Source of the DNA: Lytechinus pictus
Taxonomy: Eukaryota
Assembly (NCBI RefSeq): GCF_037042905.1
Contig: NC_087251.1
Location: 23,128,001 to 23,192,000, forward strand
Direction of reading: 5' to 3'
DNA: 64,000 bases
Shown here piece by piece: positions 36,851 through 50,395 of this stretch. The translations under genes and the position numbers were made by a program. Below the pieces are notes generated by a model, which was given only the letters and a program-made list of their open reading frames with translations, did no database searches and was not told the origin of the DNA. Position 1 is the first letter of the stretch, and every line of letters starts with the position of its first letter.

Positions 36851-39800
36851 AATCATGCAAAGTTTAAGTTTGAAGTTAAATATTTCAGTTGAGATCGAAA
36901 AGGACACATGATTCAAAAGTTAGACTTACTTTTAAACATGTAAAAACAGTAAAACAAGGAAAAAATGAAAGGGCTTAAATCAGAATCAAGCTAAGCGTTA
37001 AAAAAGATATACGAGTTTGTAAGTCTGAATATTACCTTGGCCTAGTTGGTATAGAAATATGAATGTTAAATCCATTGCGACGGGTGCATTTTAGGAGATG
37101 TGAACGTCAATGTAAGGGGTAACGGCAGTCTACTGTCACGAGGAAACTCTAGTCCATCACTCCATCCAAAACACCATGGGTAGACGGCTTAATTCATCAT
37201 TGAAATTCCATTATGTGTTTGATGGCTTCCAGAGAGACCAGGCCTGACTCTGCAAGGAAAGGGCTTGTTACGTAGGAGACCTCGGTAAAATGGCGACAAG
37301 GAGAAAGTTTTTTACTATTAGTATAAGGCTCACGTCAAATAACAATGGATCTTCGGGGGACTTTTCAAACTCGTTCTTGACATAATTATGCTATGTAGAG
37401 AATTGCAGAAAGGCTGTAGGTTATGTAAATAATTAGATTACAACTTAATCCTTAATTGAAGAAATTAGGTTAAATTGCATGCACTTTCTCAGATCAGATT
37501 ATAATACAAGCAAGCTACCAGGTACCAAATTTAATTCTTGTCTTCTATGGAGCTTGTATCGGATTAATAACATTTTATAAAATGTCGTACTCCTATGCAA
37601 AGAACGCATATTGTAAAGGAGATTGGAATCACTAACAGACTAATACCATTTCCCGAGATTGAATACACATGACTACCCTTCCTATTATAAGTATTATGAT
37701 GAAGAGAAACAGCATATAAACTTCCATACGGATGTCAGATGAAATGGACTTAACCTCTCCCAGATGTCCCTTGGGAGAAACTGGCTATGGTTGACGTCAC
37801 AATGGGAACAATAACTTGTTACCAATCACTAGATATAAGGTATTGTCTTGTCAACTAACATTATTTTCATTCGTTACTTTCACAAGGGATTTAATTGGAT
37901 TGCAGTTATGATATGCTTTCCTATTGGCTGACAATGAAACTCCTCTCCTAGATGTAATTCATCCTGAAATTGGAGGTCAGTATCTTTCATCATAATAAAT
38001 TAGAAGGAACACTCGTAGAGATGAAATTCTTAGCATGGAAAAGTAAACTCAAATGAAAATCGGTAAGCAGTTAATGTTGCCATGGAGACGTTGCTCTAAT
38101 CTTCATTCAAGCCTGAGAGAATCTGCTTATGGATTTATTCAAGATGAAGACTTTCAAGCTAGTGATTAATGTCCAAGTAATTAAATGGATGACTTTCTTC
38201 CTAGGAACGCGATGCAGTAGGCCTAGAGATAAATAGACTTTCGCGTCACAGTTTTTCCTCATCTATAGTAACAAAGTTAGATGCAAAAAAAGTGCGGTGA
38301 AATTCACATTTAATTTGTCGTTCTGCATTGAAGAACCTGCCATTGTAGAGATCTTCTTGTTTACCTTTTGCTTTTCACTTCTCACTGCATGAGTGTGACG
38401 GCCACGCCATCTTGGCCATGCTTACCACATACCAGCAGGAGATCCCGAAAGGTCGTGAATGATGAAATATTGAAGCGATTAGCGTCGCTTGTCGTATCAT
38501 ACACCCGTATCACAATGGCCGCGCCCGCTGCCAACAAATTGGAAATCAGGTCTAGGGACTTCATCCCTACCCAAACACAAATTATGCATGTTTCTTTTTA
38601 AAAAGAGATGGGGAAGCCTATTTGTCAAGGGATTCTTGTAGATAGGGACTTGGTTGACGTGCAGAAATTGCATCGACTTCATTGGTACAACCCTGGGTCA
38701 TGTAATAGATGTCAGGGATAGGGACTTCATATTACTGCGTGGTCGGTGTTGAGATTACTAAAGTACGTGAATGATCTTGTTTTCTTGATTTAATAACAAC
38801 GGAATTACAATTACAGATAAATTTCATGAACCACTTGGCACATATTTTTTATTCATGCATACAAATACTTAATGGGTGGTAATTTTATTGGTTTCTGTTC
38901 GAACTCATTTTGAGATCGTTACTAAAACTGGTATTTATCTTTAATTAACTACCCTTATCACTAAAGCTAAAAATAATGAAACTCGTAACATACCTGTATG
39001 TGTTAGCATTCAATATTTGGCCTTGACTTGTAAAGTTAATAATTTAATGGGTAACTGGGGGGGGGGTCAGAAATCCTATTTGTTCTAGGACCTTTGTATA
39101 TCCCATTTTCACATGATATTCTCATTTGTTTTCCAGACGCTCTTTTCTCTCTCTCACTCTTCCTGTCTTTTTCTTTCTGATCAAGCCTGAATGTTAAAGG
39201 AGCCTGCGAAAACAACAGATCAATAGCAAAGACATTAGAGCCGCGTCCATGATTTCTTTAGCATAATTGGTGAGGAATTGTTTATGTAGAATTTATTCAG
39301 TGGCTTGAGAATTATTCAAGCAGTTTGCTGATTTTTGGAAGTGCAAAGTGATCGCTTTAAAATTATTTAGCCCTGATAAATCAAATATAAAGGAATCTTA
39401 CGATTGGCCAATTTTTTTTCTTCGCAATATGGATTTAAATGAATGTATGAAATCATACCTTGATGAGCATTACTTCAAATTTCGTCAACAAGGCTGTGGA
39501 GGTGGACAGCATAATGGTAAGATGATGCTTACAACAACATGCATGGTATATTACGTGAAGAGTTCACGATGTGAATGAGATCACTTTGTAAAGGACAAAA
39601 GCTATTTAAAGATCAATAGCTATGTGTGCTTGTCTACGGCTCCATCTTACTCCTCCGCTTTGCACTTGTTTTGATTTACCTCTGTATAAAATTTTACATT
39701 CACATCACGTGACCTATATCATGTTATTCTCACACAGTAAAAATTAATGTAGATAATTTACTATTTTGTAATGGTGATGTATTATTGAAATATCCAATCT

Positions 39801-41869
39801 TTCTGTGCAAGTAATTGTGAACTATATCTTCTGATTATCTGTTGAAGTTTGAAATAGATATCACAGAATTTTCAGGAAAATGGGAAAGTTTTCTTCAGTC
39901 AAACCATTAATGATGATGTGATTTTTTACTATCCTCTTATTCTAAATGCTATTCATATAAAAAAATGTTTTATTATTATATTCATAGATTTTGTCCGATT
40001 ATTATTCTAACGTTCCAATCGTGCGATCGCCGTATTTTGAGATAACCTTTGTTCACCATTCAAAGATGATAATGAAAAGAGCATTCACCATATTTCAGCT
40101 ACCTTATGGCATTTACTCTACTTCGAAATGATCAAATCCATTGGGGAGGTGTATGCCCTCTCTATGTTTAGACAGTTTCCCCGAGTAGATTTGTGTAATT
40201 CAGGTTAAAACAACAATCTAAGATTTCCTCGCTACCTACCCATTAGCGATTCCCGTGAAAAAGGCGAGAAAATCCATTACTTCACTTTTTGCTTTAATCT
40301 ACAGGGAGCGCCTTTCAGAGATAAGGGACTTTAAAAGGAAAAAAAGTAATCATGTCCTTAACTCTTAAGCTTGTACTTTTTGTAAAGTGTAATGCTGTAT
40401 CTTCAGAAGATATGAAAGTATTCTGAAATGTGATGACATTTTATAAGACTGTTTCTCTTTTCGGTTTATATAGGCCAATGGTATAACATTATACCTACAA
40501 AACATATATTGATATTCTGTGTGTTAATTTTATGGTGCATTATACATTAGATTTATCGAAGAGTATTTGATCGATGAAAATGAGGGTCCGACATCAAGAT
40601 TTTATCTTGTTCAAATCATCAACATGAATTCTGTCAATCGTCTTCTTATAATTCTCTCGTGAGATAAACTATTTGGACCAGTCAACTAGAAATAATGGGA
40701 TTGTGTCCATCCTCTGAAAATACCCAAGTGTTTTTTTTTCAGTTGGAAATCATGAATATTCATTTCACCGCGGGTCTAACTGACATAGTCCGAGAAGCGG
40801 AAACAAGCAAATGATTGATCAGTGTCCGTTGACATACAAATGAAACAAAATGGCGGCGCGATTGATCGTTGTTTGTTGATTTCATTGTAAAATACGCTGC
40901 CTAAGTTCACTGTTCTTGGAAGGCATCCCGACAAACTCATCTCCATCCGATTGTGTTTCGGGAATGGTTCGGTGTGTTGATTGGTGTCTGAAGGCATCTT
41001 TAAGACCTAAAATGGCGGAAACCTTCCGATCAATAGAGAAGGCAGTTAGTGCCGTCGGCAATCTACCAAGCTCGCTGACACGTTCGATCGAACGACATGG
41101 AATCGAATGTCGGATGGCGATTGGAGTTCGACGTTGATTCATGTTATTTATTTGGAAGGTTATCCCGGTGACTGAAAGATGTGGCATCTAAAAAATCTGA
41201 ATTGTAGTATCACAGAGCTATTTAAGTAAATACAAATTAAAAGAGAACTTGAGAAAGTTTAAGTACTCATTAAACCCCCATCCCTGTTCATGGTATAGGC
41301 ATATTTTATTATTAAGTTTAACATTTACCCCTCTCCCTCAAAAACACGATGTAAAACAAATTTGTGAAATTGCAATTAAATACATCCGACAAATTATTGA
41401 GAGTAGACATAATATAAGGTGAATTTCCTTTTAAACCATAGTAAATAAAAAATGAACCTTATAGAGAGGGATGGGTGATAAAGAAACCATGTACATGTAG
41501 TTGTACAGTATTGGTGAATAATCCAATCGTTATGTTTCATGTCAGAGGGACGTTGTGTTGATGTAGAATTGCTGGTCCATTTAACTCTGAACAAACTGAT
41601 ATCACGCTGAGGAGATCGCTGACTCCATACTCGCAGCATCTCAGTACCTGACAGGTTCAGACATTATGGCGCACACATCAATCACGGACATATTTTGGCT
41701 CAATTGCGATGTAATCCAATGGTTAGAATGATAAGGCGTTCCCTGTCAGTTCTGAATCTCAGTGTTAAAATAAATCGTGATAAGAATATTGCTGCTGAAA
41801 TATAGATGTTTCTATTGAACCAAAAAAAGTGTTAAACTTTGTTGAATCTTTAAGGGACTTGATATGCGT

Positions 41870-42069
41870 GTGTGCTCTGGGAGGGTTTGTAAAGTGCGTG
41901 TGCGAGTTTGGGACGGTGTGTATTCTGACGTGCGTGTGTGGGTGGATGCGTAAGGGTTACATAACCATGTGTGCTCTGGGAGGGTTTATGAAGTACGTGT
42001 GCGAGTTTAGGGGAGTGTGTATTCTGGCGTGCGCGTGAGGGTGGATGCGAATGTGTGTACATAACCATG
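41870..42069. repeat. Two-copy tandem repeat, period 99 bp
   Basis: tgtgctctgggagggttt...ggtggatgcg...tacataaccatg starts at 41871 and at 41970. Confidence 0.9.
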
Positions 42070-42963
42070 ATTGAGATTCTGATATTTTAAAACGAAAAAA
42101 AAATTACAAGAAATGTTATTTTCACATCTGTGGTAGGTAGTCCATTAGATTTTTGAGAAGCAGTCGTCGTACTTCCGGATGATTTCAGTCTTGATGAAAG
42201 AAAAACACACATTATTAAGATGAGTTTTTGTGTGAGTAATACTAGGAATACTATAAAGAAAATCAGTTCCAAAGCATTTTGGTCGGAGTGAAGTCCGAAT
42301 TTTTATTCAATTCAAATCGCAGCCGATATTAAGATTGTTATGTTGACACCATGATTATCAACTAAAATTGCTTTCATTCCTCCAGGAAGGCTCGCGATTG
42401 ACTCGAATTACGATTTAAATGTCTATATCAATATTCCGAACGTCTGAGTGATTCATATGAAATGCTACTGCATTTTCTTTCCTTACTCGGACTGTATTGT
42501 GTGTGATGGTCCTAAGTCTTTTATTAGATATAAAACTCTTCATTATCTTTATTTATATTTCATTTGTGGTTTAGACATCTCGTTTCCAATTTCTTTCAAT
42601 CTGGACTCTGATGCTTTTAATTTTAATAAAATGGTTGTCAATGGCATTGTATCTTCTCACGTCGAGTGCAAATGAAAACATAAAGGAACGCCAAGACTTA
42701 ATTGCACGCTGTATGAGGTAATGGGAAGAAGGTTATGGAAAGACTTCCCGTGGCGGGTTTTATGATCGAATGATTAATATCACGGATTGCCGCCGGAGGT
42801 ATAGTGTTACATTCTACGAAATGTTCATCTTATATTCAAACATATTGGCCCCTACCCTAATATACTTATCATCAGCGGAAGGGATAGATACGGGTTCTAA
42901 TTTCATTTCATTCTTCTTTTAACTCTTCTGCACTTATTTCATTTCTTCTTTTACTACGTCATA

Positions 42964-43248
42964 CACTGTTAAAAAAACCCTGATTTTACAGACAAAAATG
43001 AAAGAAGATTTTGCAGAAAGCGATAACAGAATCATTCTGTAAATTCATAAAACAGGAATTTTTCTGCAATTTAACAGAACAGGTCTGTTTAAAAAGGGAA
43101 AAGGGTGTTTTATTAAAGGAAATTTGTAAGGTTCCATACACCAAATACCAATTTCCTGTAAAATTACGCAATCTGGTTAGATTACAGGTGTTCTCGAGAC
43201 TCTGCTGCAGGAACTTCTTTTATTTTAATGATAAATTTTCTAACAGTG
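42964..43248. mobile_element. MITE with CACTG ends and 2-bp TA TSD (CMC/EnSpm-like)
   Basis: ta-CACTGTTAAAAA ... TTTTCTAACAGTG-ta, with internal repeated tacag / ctgtaaa motifs. Confidence 0.8.
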
Positions 43249-45393
43249 TACATCAAACATAATGTAATTTTCTGCCCTTTCCATCTCTCTTACATATCGT
43301 TTCTCTCTACATCGCTGAATATAAATATTTATCTGTTCCTCTTTCTCTCCCCTTCTCTCCTTCGACTTTTCTCTTTATATCACTCACCCCTTTTCTGTCC
43401 CTTACCACTCTCTATCGTTACCAATAGCCTTATCAGAGAGAACACATTCCGAGGCACACCTTCACATCAATCAAAAGCTCAGAAACGTTTAAAGGTATAA
43501 AACACCGTCTGAAAGTACTTTGGATGTTACGTTTTTCTCATGAAGTGCTGAAACCATAACAAATTTGGAAGTCATTTTTTTTTCTAATAGTAAATTAAAC
43601 TCTTGCTGTTTACGCTTCATTTTCTCATTCACGAGACCAAGAAACATATAACGTGTATGAGGGGACAATGTGCGTCCCCAACGTGATCATCTGGATATTC
43701 GCATGGGCAGGAGAACCGTAAAGATATTTGAGTTGAAGGTCTCATTGCGAACACGAATCTATATTTCCTTCAATCAATAATTCATCAGGTGGGAGATCGA
43801 CCTAGATACTTCCCAGATCTAGGACATAGAATTAGCTTTCTACTTTGGTGTCCGGTACTTCCTACTCTGTTTAAAATGGATAATGCGGATGAGAATTGTC
43901 ATTATATTTGTTCCACTAATAATCTCTTTGCTAATATCCTTCTTTTGACCAGATAAATTGATTTATTACAACTCATGATGAAAATAAATTGAATTACAAT
44001 CTGTGCATTCTGACATGCCATGATGTAAAGACAATTTTCGTCAATGTCAAACGGTCTTGGTACTTTTCCTTCTCACCAAACTTGCCCCTTTTTGAGAATA
44101 AAACGAGCCAACTGCAAATCACGTGTAAATACCCTTAGTTGGAACTTTCTTTTCAAAGGCTGATGTTTTCAGCATGACTGAACTGCCGTCCGTTCAGCCT
44201 CAAGAACGCGACACAGTGGAAAACATTTAATGGAAGGAGATTTGCCTGATATCGATTGACTACTTCGATTTTGCCTGCCTTGTGTTGTTGAAAACAGGGG
44301 AATAGCTAATGCTTTGATCATGTCGTTGGTTTGTGCACCTGGATCACGCGGTTTATCAGAGATGTTGCTTTCTGTTGTCGAAGAAGTAGCAAACAGAAAA
44401 CACAACGCATTTTTCTGGGCCTGAATTGTCGAACACATTCAAATTATTTGCATTTGAAAAATCAGCCTTCTGAATTAGCTGGTAATTAATGCAAACGCGG
44501 TTCTGTTTGGGAAGTCCGAAAATTGTAGCCATCGGCATTGACGCAACATCCATAACCTCTTTATTTATCTGAGAAAAAAAAAGAGATAGCGAATGTGTTT
44601 GTAAAGATAACTTCTCTCTGCTATTTGTAGAGATCGTTGCTTAAGGCTCATATTTCCTCACTGTCTTATTATTCTAAACTTACCTTTATAATATATACGG
44701 TTCTATCCAGTAACAATAGACTCCCTTGTTCATACGCGTAAGTCAACTGAATGATTTTCAATGCATGGCAGTACCTGTGTACAAATATATATCCAAAATG
44801 CATAAATACTTATCTTCAAATAAAAGGCAGCCATCTACAGTTGCTTCATCGTTGATATATTTTTTCCAGTTTTGGTGTGAAACATAATACAATTTTCAGC
44901 ACTATAAATGGTTTATCACTAAACTTTTACATTGAAAATCCCACAGACTTTGGTAATGGGCATCCTCAAAAGATTCTTTAAAGTCCCCAGAGGGCGGTGC
45001 GAGCGAGAACCTTGACTTTTTTTTATAATTTAATACTTAATTTTGTGATTTTGACATAGTATTCCGAAAAAACATAATATCTTACCATCTTCTTTCATTG
45101 ACTTCCTTTTTTCTCACTTTTGGTGGTGGAACCTTAAGGTACCACGATCTGTAAGCCCTCTATCTTTAAGACGGTACTTTATAATACTATAGAACATAAA
45201 TAAGAAAATAAAGGCAGAATCTGAAATCTCTGTAATCAGAAGTGTGAGAATGTAATTGTTTTCCCCTTGGTAGTGAATTGTCAGTCATCCTTTTCAATTG
45301 CTGTGAAACACATGTTTATAGACAATTTAACCGAAATTTAGATACTGCTCGAACAACAACACATATCATAAACTTCTCCTTTTTATTTTGCAG

Positions 45394-45591
45394 TTGGTGG
45401 TAACAGGCATCATGCCGGAGCTGCCTTCGCATCCAATGATGAGCTCAAGATTTATGACGATGTTGGAACTGGTGATCAACGTGGTCGATTACGGCGTCGT
45501 TTGCTTGCTGAAACATCAAGTCCTAGCATGGACTATTTCACCGATATTACCAGCGGCGTCCACGAAGTGGAGATGAACTGTACGCCTTCAA
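45394..45591 (+). CDS. SLC24/NCKX exchanger, coding exon 2 (extracellular N-terminal region)
   Basis: Polypyrimidine tract and ttttgcag acceptor, 198 nt open, phase 1-1, gtaagc donor. Encodes (V)GGNRHHAGAAFASNDELKIYDDVGTGDQRGRLRRRLLAETSSPSMDYFTDITSGVHEVEMNCTPS(T). The NCT-P motif precedes the conserved EFP motif as in NCKX3/4. Confidence 0.85.
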
Positions 45592-48424
45592 GTAAGCCAT
45601 TTAGTAAAAACATACTTTTAAATATAATTATGATAAATTGTGTTATGAGGGGTTTTTTATCACAACTTGTGAATACCGCAATGAGCGTAGCTGTTCTCAT
45701 AATTTTGTAGCCGTTATTATTTTGAAGGATAACGAAACTGTAAAAAAAATGGCAAGTTGTTCACTGTATACTAGCACAATGTCCAAAGTTGTAATGTATT
45801 TTATTTTTCAGTTATCAGAAATAATAAATGCCGAATTGCTGTATTTTATGTAGATATTAAAATCGACACACACCCTCTCACATACACACACCCCTACACA
45901 CATACGTACATAGGGAGAGAGAAGGGTAATCTAGCCAGTTTGATTATTCTAGTACGGTAAAAAATAGTGAACTATCAGACGAATGACGTATGGCTTCATA
46001 TGAATACGTTACTCACTTATTCGTGTTAAAGCAGGTGCATAAAACTAAAGCAGGAAACTTAATCATTGGTGGAATAAAATCACGTTCATTACGAAACCTA
46101 AATTCATATTACGCGAGTGGAGAAGACTGGGGTTAACGATATTTATACAGATGCCGCATTTTTAACGGAGTTGAAACAAGGATGAGCCTTTAACATTTCA
46201 TAGCATCTCCCAAGCCGGATGCCGGAGGATGGTGTTTTATTATCGGGTCATCTTTATTCGCTATCCCTCCGGAACAGTAAAGCTCCGATGTCACATGATT
46301 GCGCACTCGTCATCGCATTTCCAAATTAATGATTGTTGCTGTCAGGGTGTTACTCTTGGAGTAATATAAGGAATTTAGTTGCTTAATCGTTTGTAAATGT
46401 CGACTTTATTCTACCTCTATCACTCAATTTACGCCTCCTCCTGTATCTCTTTATCTAAGGCTTACAGATATTTGTTTTTGTTTGAGTTTTGTTTAGCTTA
46501 TCTTTCCCTCACGTTTGCCTATCAATCCCTCCATCTACTGTCTACACAGGCTTTCTTTCTAGCCATCGATTGCAGATCCTTATCTGTATTTCACTTCCTG
46601 ACAAGTCTGACACATTAACTCATTTACAACCTCTATCCTAAGGCTCATCCTCTTTCACATTCATATTTTTTTAATGTTCCTATGTTGTTCGTATTATTTG
46701 TCAAAGAACACTTGATCAAACCTTGATTATTTCTCTGGAAGTCGATGATGTCTTATTCATCAACCCTATACAAATTCTAAACGCGGTTTTCAGTATTTTG
46801 ATGAAGTCATCGTCCTAAAACTAATGTTGTAGGATAAAGATGCAGGAACGTAGCATAAGATGGCACGATACTTTTACTAGATGGCAGACCCGCTGGCTCA
46901 TTTTCAATTTCTTCGTACTGCTGGATGGTAAAATGCGACCCTTTTTTTTCAAGTCGATAGGAGCTTATTCAAGTTTGATATTCAAATAAACATTGTATGT
47001 CAATGATAAATGCAATAGTCTCTCTGCACGAATAAAGCATGGAAAATTAATACAGTAAACATATGACATATGTACAATGCAAAGAAAATACGGCTTCCCA
47101 TAATTGTAACGCAGACCAGATCATTGCTTTACTTTAACCATAGTTCAAAATATCCACCAGTATGTTCATATCTTCTCAAGACGAGCCTGAAAAGTTCAGA
47201 TCACCGTTCACCTGTAATCTGATATGGCCGCCATTTTCCTGCGCAAACAGAATAAAGAGGATGTACAAGCACAGAGGGCAAGCCATTGCAAACAATGGCA
47301 CACGAAACTGTGTTTTCTCTTCAGTAATGTTTCCTTTAAAGGATTTCCTCTCAAGGGATTGCTTAGAGAGAAAGAGGATAGATTTGAAGTGAGCATTTTA
47401 AAGTGATTACATTTTTGTTTATGAGAATTGAATCTATGTACGATAGGAATGGGGAGTTGTAGGACTAAAAATCGTATTTTAAACAAAGGTCAGTCAGTAA
47501 CAGGAAAATGGAGTGAGAACTAAATTGATTAGCTGAAAAGATTGATTACTCTTATGTAGCCTATGTATTTAGAAAAAAATAGATGTACAATTTTTTAAAG
47601 AAAAGAATCTTTAATCCATGTTACCGTGAGTTCTGAGAATGGGCTTTCAAGATGAACACTATGTAAGTGAACTTAAGCATTTTCGGAATTTATGGTGGAA
47701 GAAAGTGGTATTTTGTACAGAAGATACCTTTACCACTATATCATGAACTAACAACATGTGGTAACTCAATGAGACTGTGAGGGAACACACTGTTCCAGCT
47801 GCCTGTTTTAATTTTGTTATTGTCATTTACCGTTCCCAAATACAGTCCTAATTTTCAAAAAAATTTATAGTCCCTAATCACTGTAGCAAAGTGCTTAGTG
47901 CTGTGACGATCTAAGAAAAATGAAGACGAATGGTTTGTCAAGATTCCGTCTCCATCACGAGTCTTTATTAATTGCAGTATCGTTTATTATTCCAAGCTTC
48001 CTGTGTACATTGCTGCGTCAAAGAAAAAAAATAATCCCTTGAAATGAAGCTTTACATACATCATCCCTGGATGAATTTGAACATCAATCATTCGCACGTG
48101 AACGAATCACTAACAACAACGTCACGTGATGTGAAGTGAACATGGGGAGAATCCAGGGGAAACAGCTGATGTTCTATTCTAAGAAACCCCAGGGTAATAT
48201 AATAGGGATTTCATCAGTGAAAGCAAAAGAGGAACACTGCACTGTGATTTGAAACAAATGATATGGTTTTCCCCTATTTAAGTAACAATTTTTAAGTAAC
48301 AATGGTTGTAGGAAAACAAACCTTAAGGGTTAGAAATTATTGGGTTTTAGCTAAATAGTCAATTCATACCTACTTCCTCTTCCCCGTGCATGTACTATTT
48401 CTCGATCATTTCTCCCCGTTTTCA

Positions 48425-48615
48425 CACTCTAAAAACACTGAGTAAAATGTTACCCAATATTGGGTAGAAAGGGAACATGCATGTTTGCTGGGTATTTTTT
48501 GTACCCCATATTTGGCTATTTCAATGCAACATTTCGGTTTTTTTTTTTAACCCTACCAACATGCATGTTCCCATTTTACTCAATATTGGGTAAACCTTTT
48601 TTTACCCATAAAGTA
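48425..48615. mobile_element. Palindromic CACTC-type MITE, right end eroded
   Basis: CACTCTAAAAA start and inverted arms ttacccaatattgggtagaaagggaacatgcatgtt / aacatgcatgttcccattttactcaatattgggtaa. Confidence 0.65.
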
Positions 48616-50153
48616 ATTTTCTGTATCTATCATATATTATAAGTCCCCTTTTTTCTCTTTCTTTTTTTATATCGATTAATCCATTGTCTCTTCATTTGAT
48701 TCCCATCCAGGTTTGTATTCTCTGTTTATTCGCTTTGATCAGAGTTTATCTGCATATTGTTTTTTTCATTTTTACATACACATTTGCAATATTTTATTGA
48801 TAAATGTAAGCCAGCAGAGATAAAATGTGCAAGATAAATATTTGTAATTAAAAGTGCTTTTGAATAATCCGAATAAAAAATACTACCGTCAACACTCTAA
48901 AACAATAAAGTTTAAAGTTTATATCTGAAACACTGGAACCATTTTAGTTTGAAAGATAAACGCAACTTATTATTTTAGATCCCAGAATTATTAAGACGAA
49001 ATAAAGAAAAATAATGAAACAATGATGATAATAAAGACTTAAAGGTGACGATAAGAGCAACAATTATTTTGGCGATGGTTCATCGTACCATGGCTATTTT
49101 TCGCAAAGTTTTAAACAGTATTTTCAGGTACTGATGAAGAAAATAAATAAGAGCTACTTATTTCTGTAAGAAAATACTGAGATGACTTTTAAAATTCACC
49201 TAATACATCCGCCTACGGTGGTGAATTTATTGGATGAGAAAAAAAAAACCGATTTAAATGTCATGATTATTGGGTAGATTTAATGGAGTCGAGAAAAAAT
49301 AGAAGAAAATTCCCATCTCAGCTTGCGGCGTGTGAATTGATTGGTGAAATTTGTTTCAAAGATGTATAAAATACGATTCTTATATATTATGCTATTGGTG
49401 GTTGTTTCATGAAGGTCACGATTACATGATTAGTATTCGCTTTGTGATTTCTGTTAAAATCTATCGAATGAAAACGATGTCGCAGGAGAAATCCCGACAG
49501 AATAATGTTATTAATTTCGTGTTTTTTATGCAACAATGTATTCAGCTTTCATTTGTTTTATTAGTGAAGGTTAAAAATACTTCATTTATTTACTTCATGA
49601 AATACATGAAAAATATCAACATTATTTTTTAATATTTGATCTAATGGGAGAGTGTTATTATCTTTTAGCCTTTTAATTTCGCATTTGTTGATCATTAACA
49701 AAAATCAAAAGACTTATTGTGGCTGACAATGTCCATAATATGTATATATTTTTTCAGATTTTCAATGTTTTTTTTCAAGTTCTTTGATCAAATGGGGGGG
49801 GGGGGGAATAGCAATCAAACTGTCCCCGGTAAATTATGTAAAGAAAAAGTAACTATTGGTTTGAAAAAGGTTTTTGACACAATCTCATTAAGATATTTAA
49901 AAAGTTAGAAGCCCAAATTAACACTTAGTTAACTCTTACTATAAAATTGGTTTTTAAACTAAATGTTTTGAGTAGTATAAAGTAGATGGAATGTTGTACA
50001 TTTCTTGAGTAATTGATCAAAAATAAGTTTGATCGGTAAATATCTACATAGTCTACACCCGCTCTGCTTGACTTACTTTCCGTTTGGTATCACCGATCAT
50101 GATCTAATCGTCTACAAGCAGTACCCAATTCTGTACATAGAATACAAAATATG

Positions 50154-50395
50154 CACTGCAAAAATTCCGGTGTTGATTTAACACCAGTCCGGAAGCTATA
50201 TATGTACACACCAGAAAAGTATTGAAACAACACCAGTTTGGAATCAAACTGATGCTGTTTTAATACTAATTGTTGTTGTATAAAGACATATCTGGTGTTT
50301 GACCAAAACCAAACTGGTGGTGTTTAACACTTCTCTGGTGTGGACATATATAGATTCTGGGCTTGTGTTAAATCAACACCGGGGTTTTTTCAGTG
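50154..50395. mobile_element. Foldback MITE with CACTG ends and 2-bp TG TSD (CMC/EnSpm-like)
   Basis: tg-CACTGCAAAAATTCCGGTGTTGATTTAACAC ... GTGTTAAATCAACACCGGGGTTTTTTCAGTG-tg, with repeated acacca / tggtgt motifs. Confidence 0.88.

Noticed and set aside
38368..38760. Nested gene in overlapping short ORFs
   Set aside because: No recognisable domain or coherent splice structure. The same applies to the GC-richer ORFs at 20726-21052 and 44169-44553.
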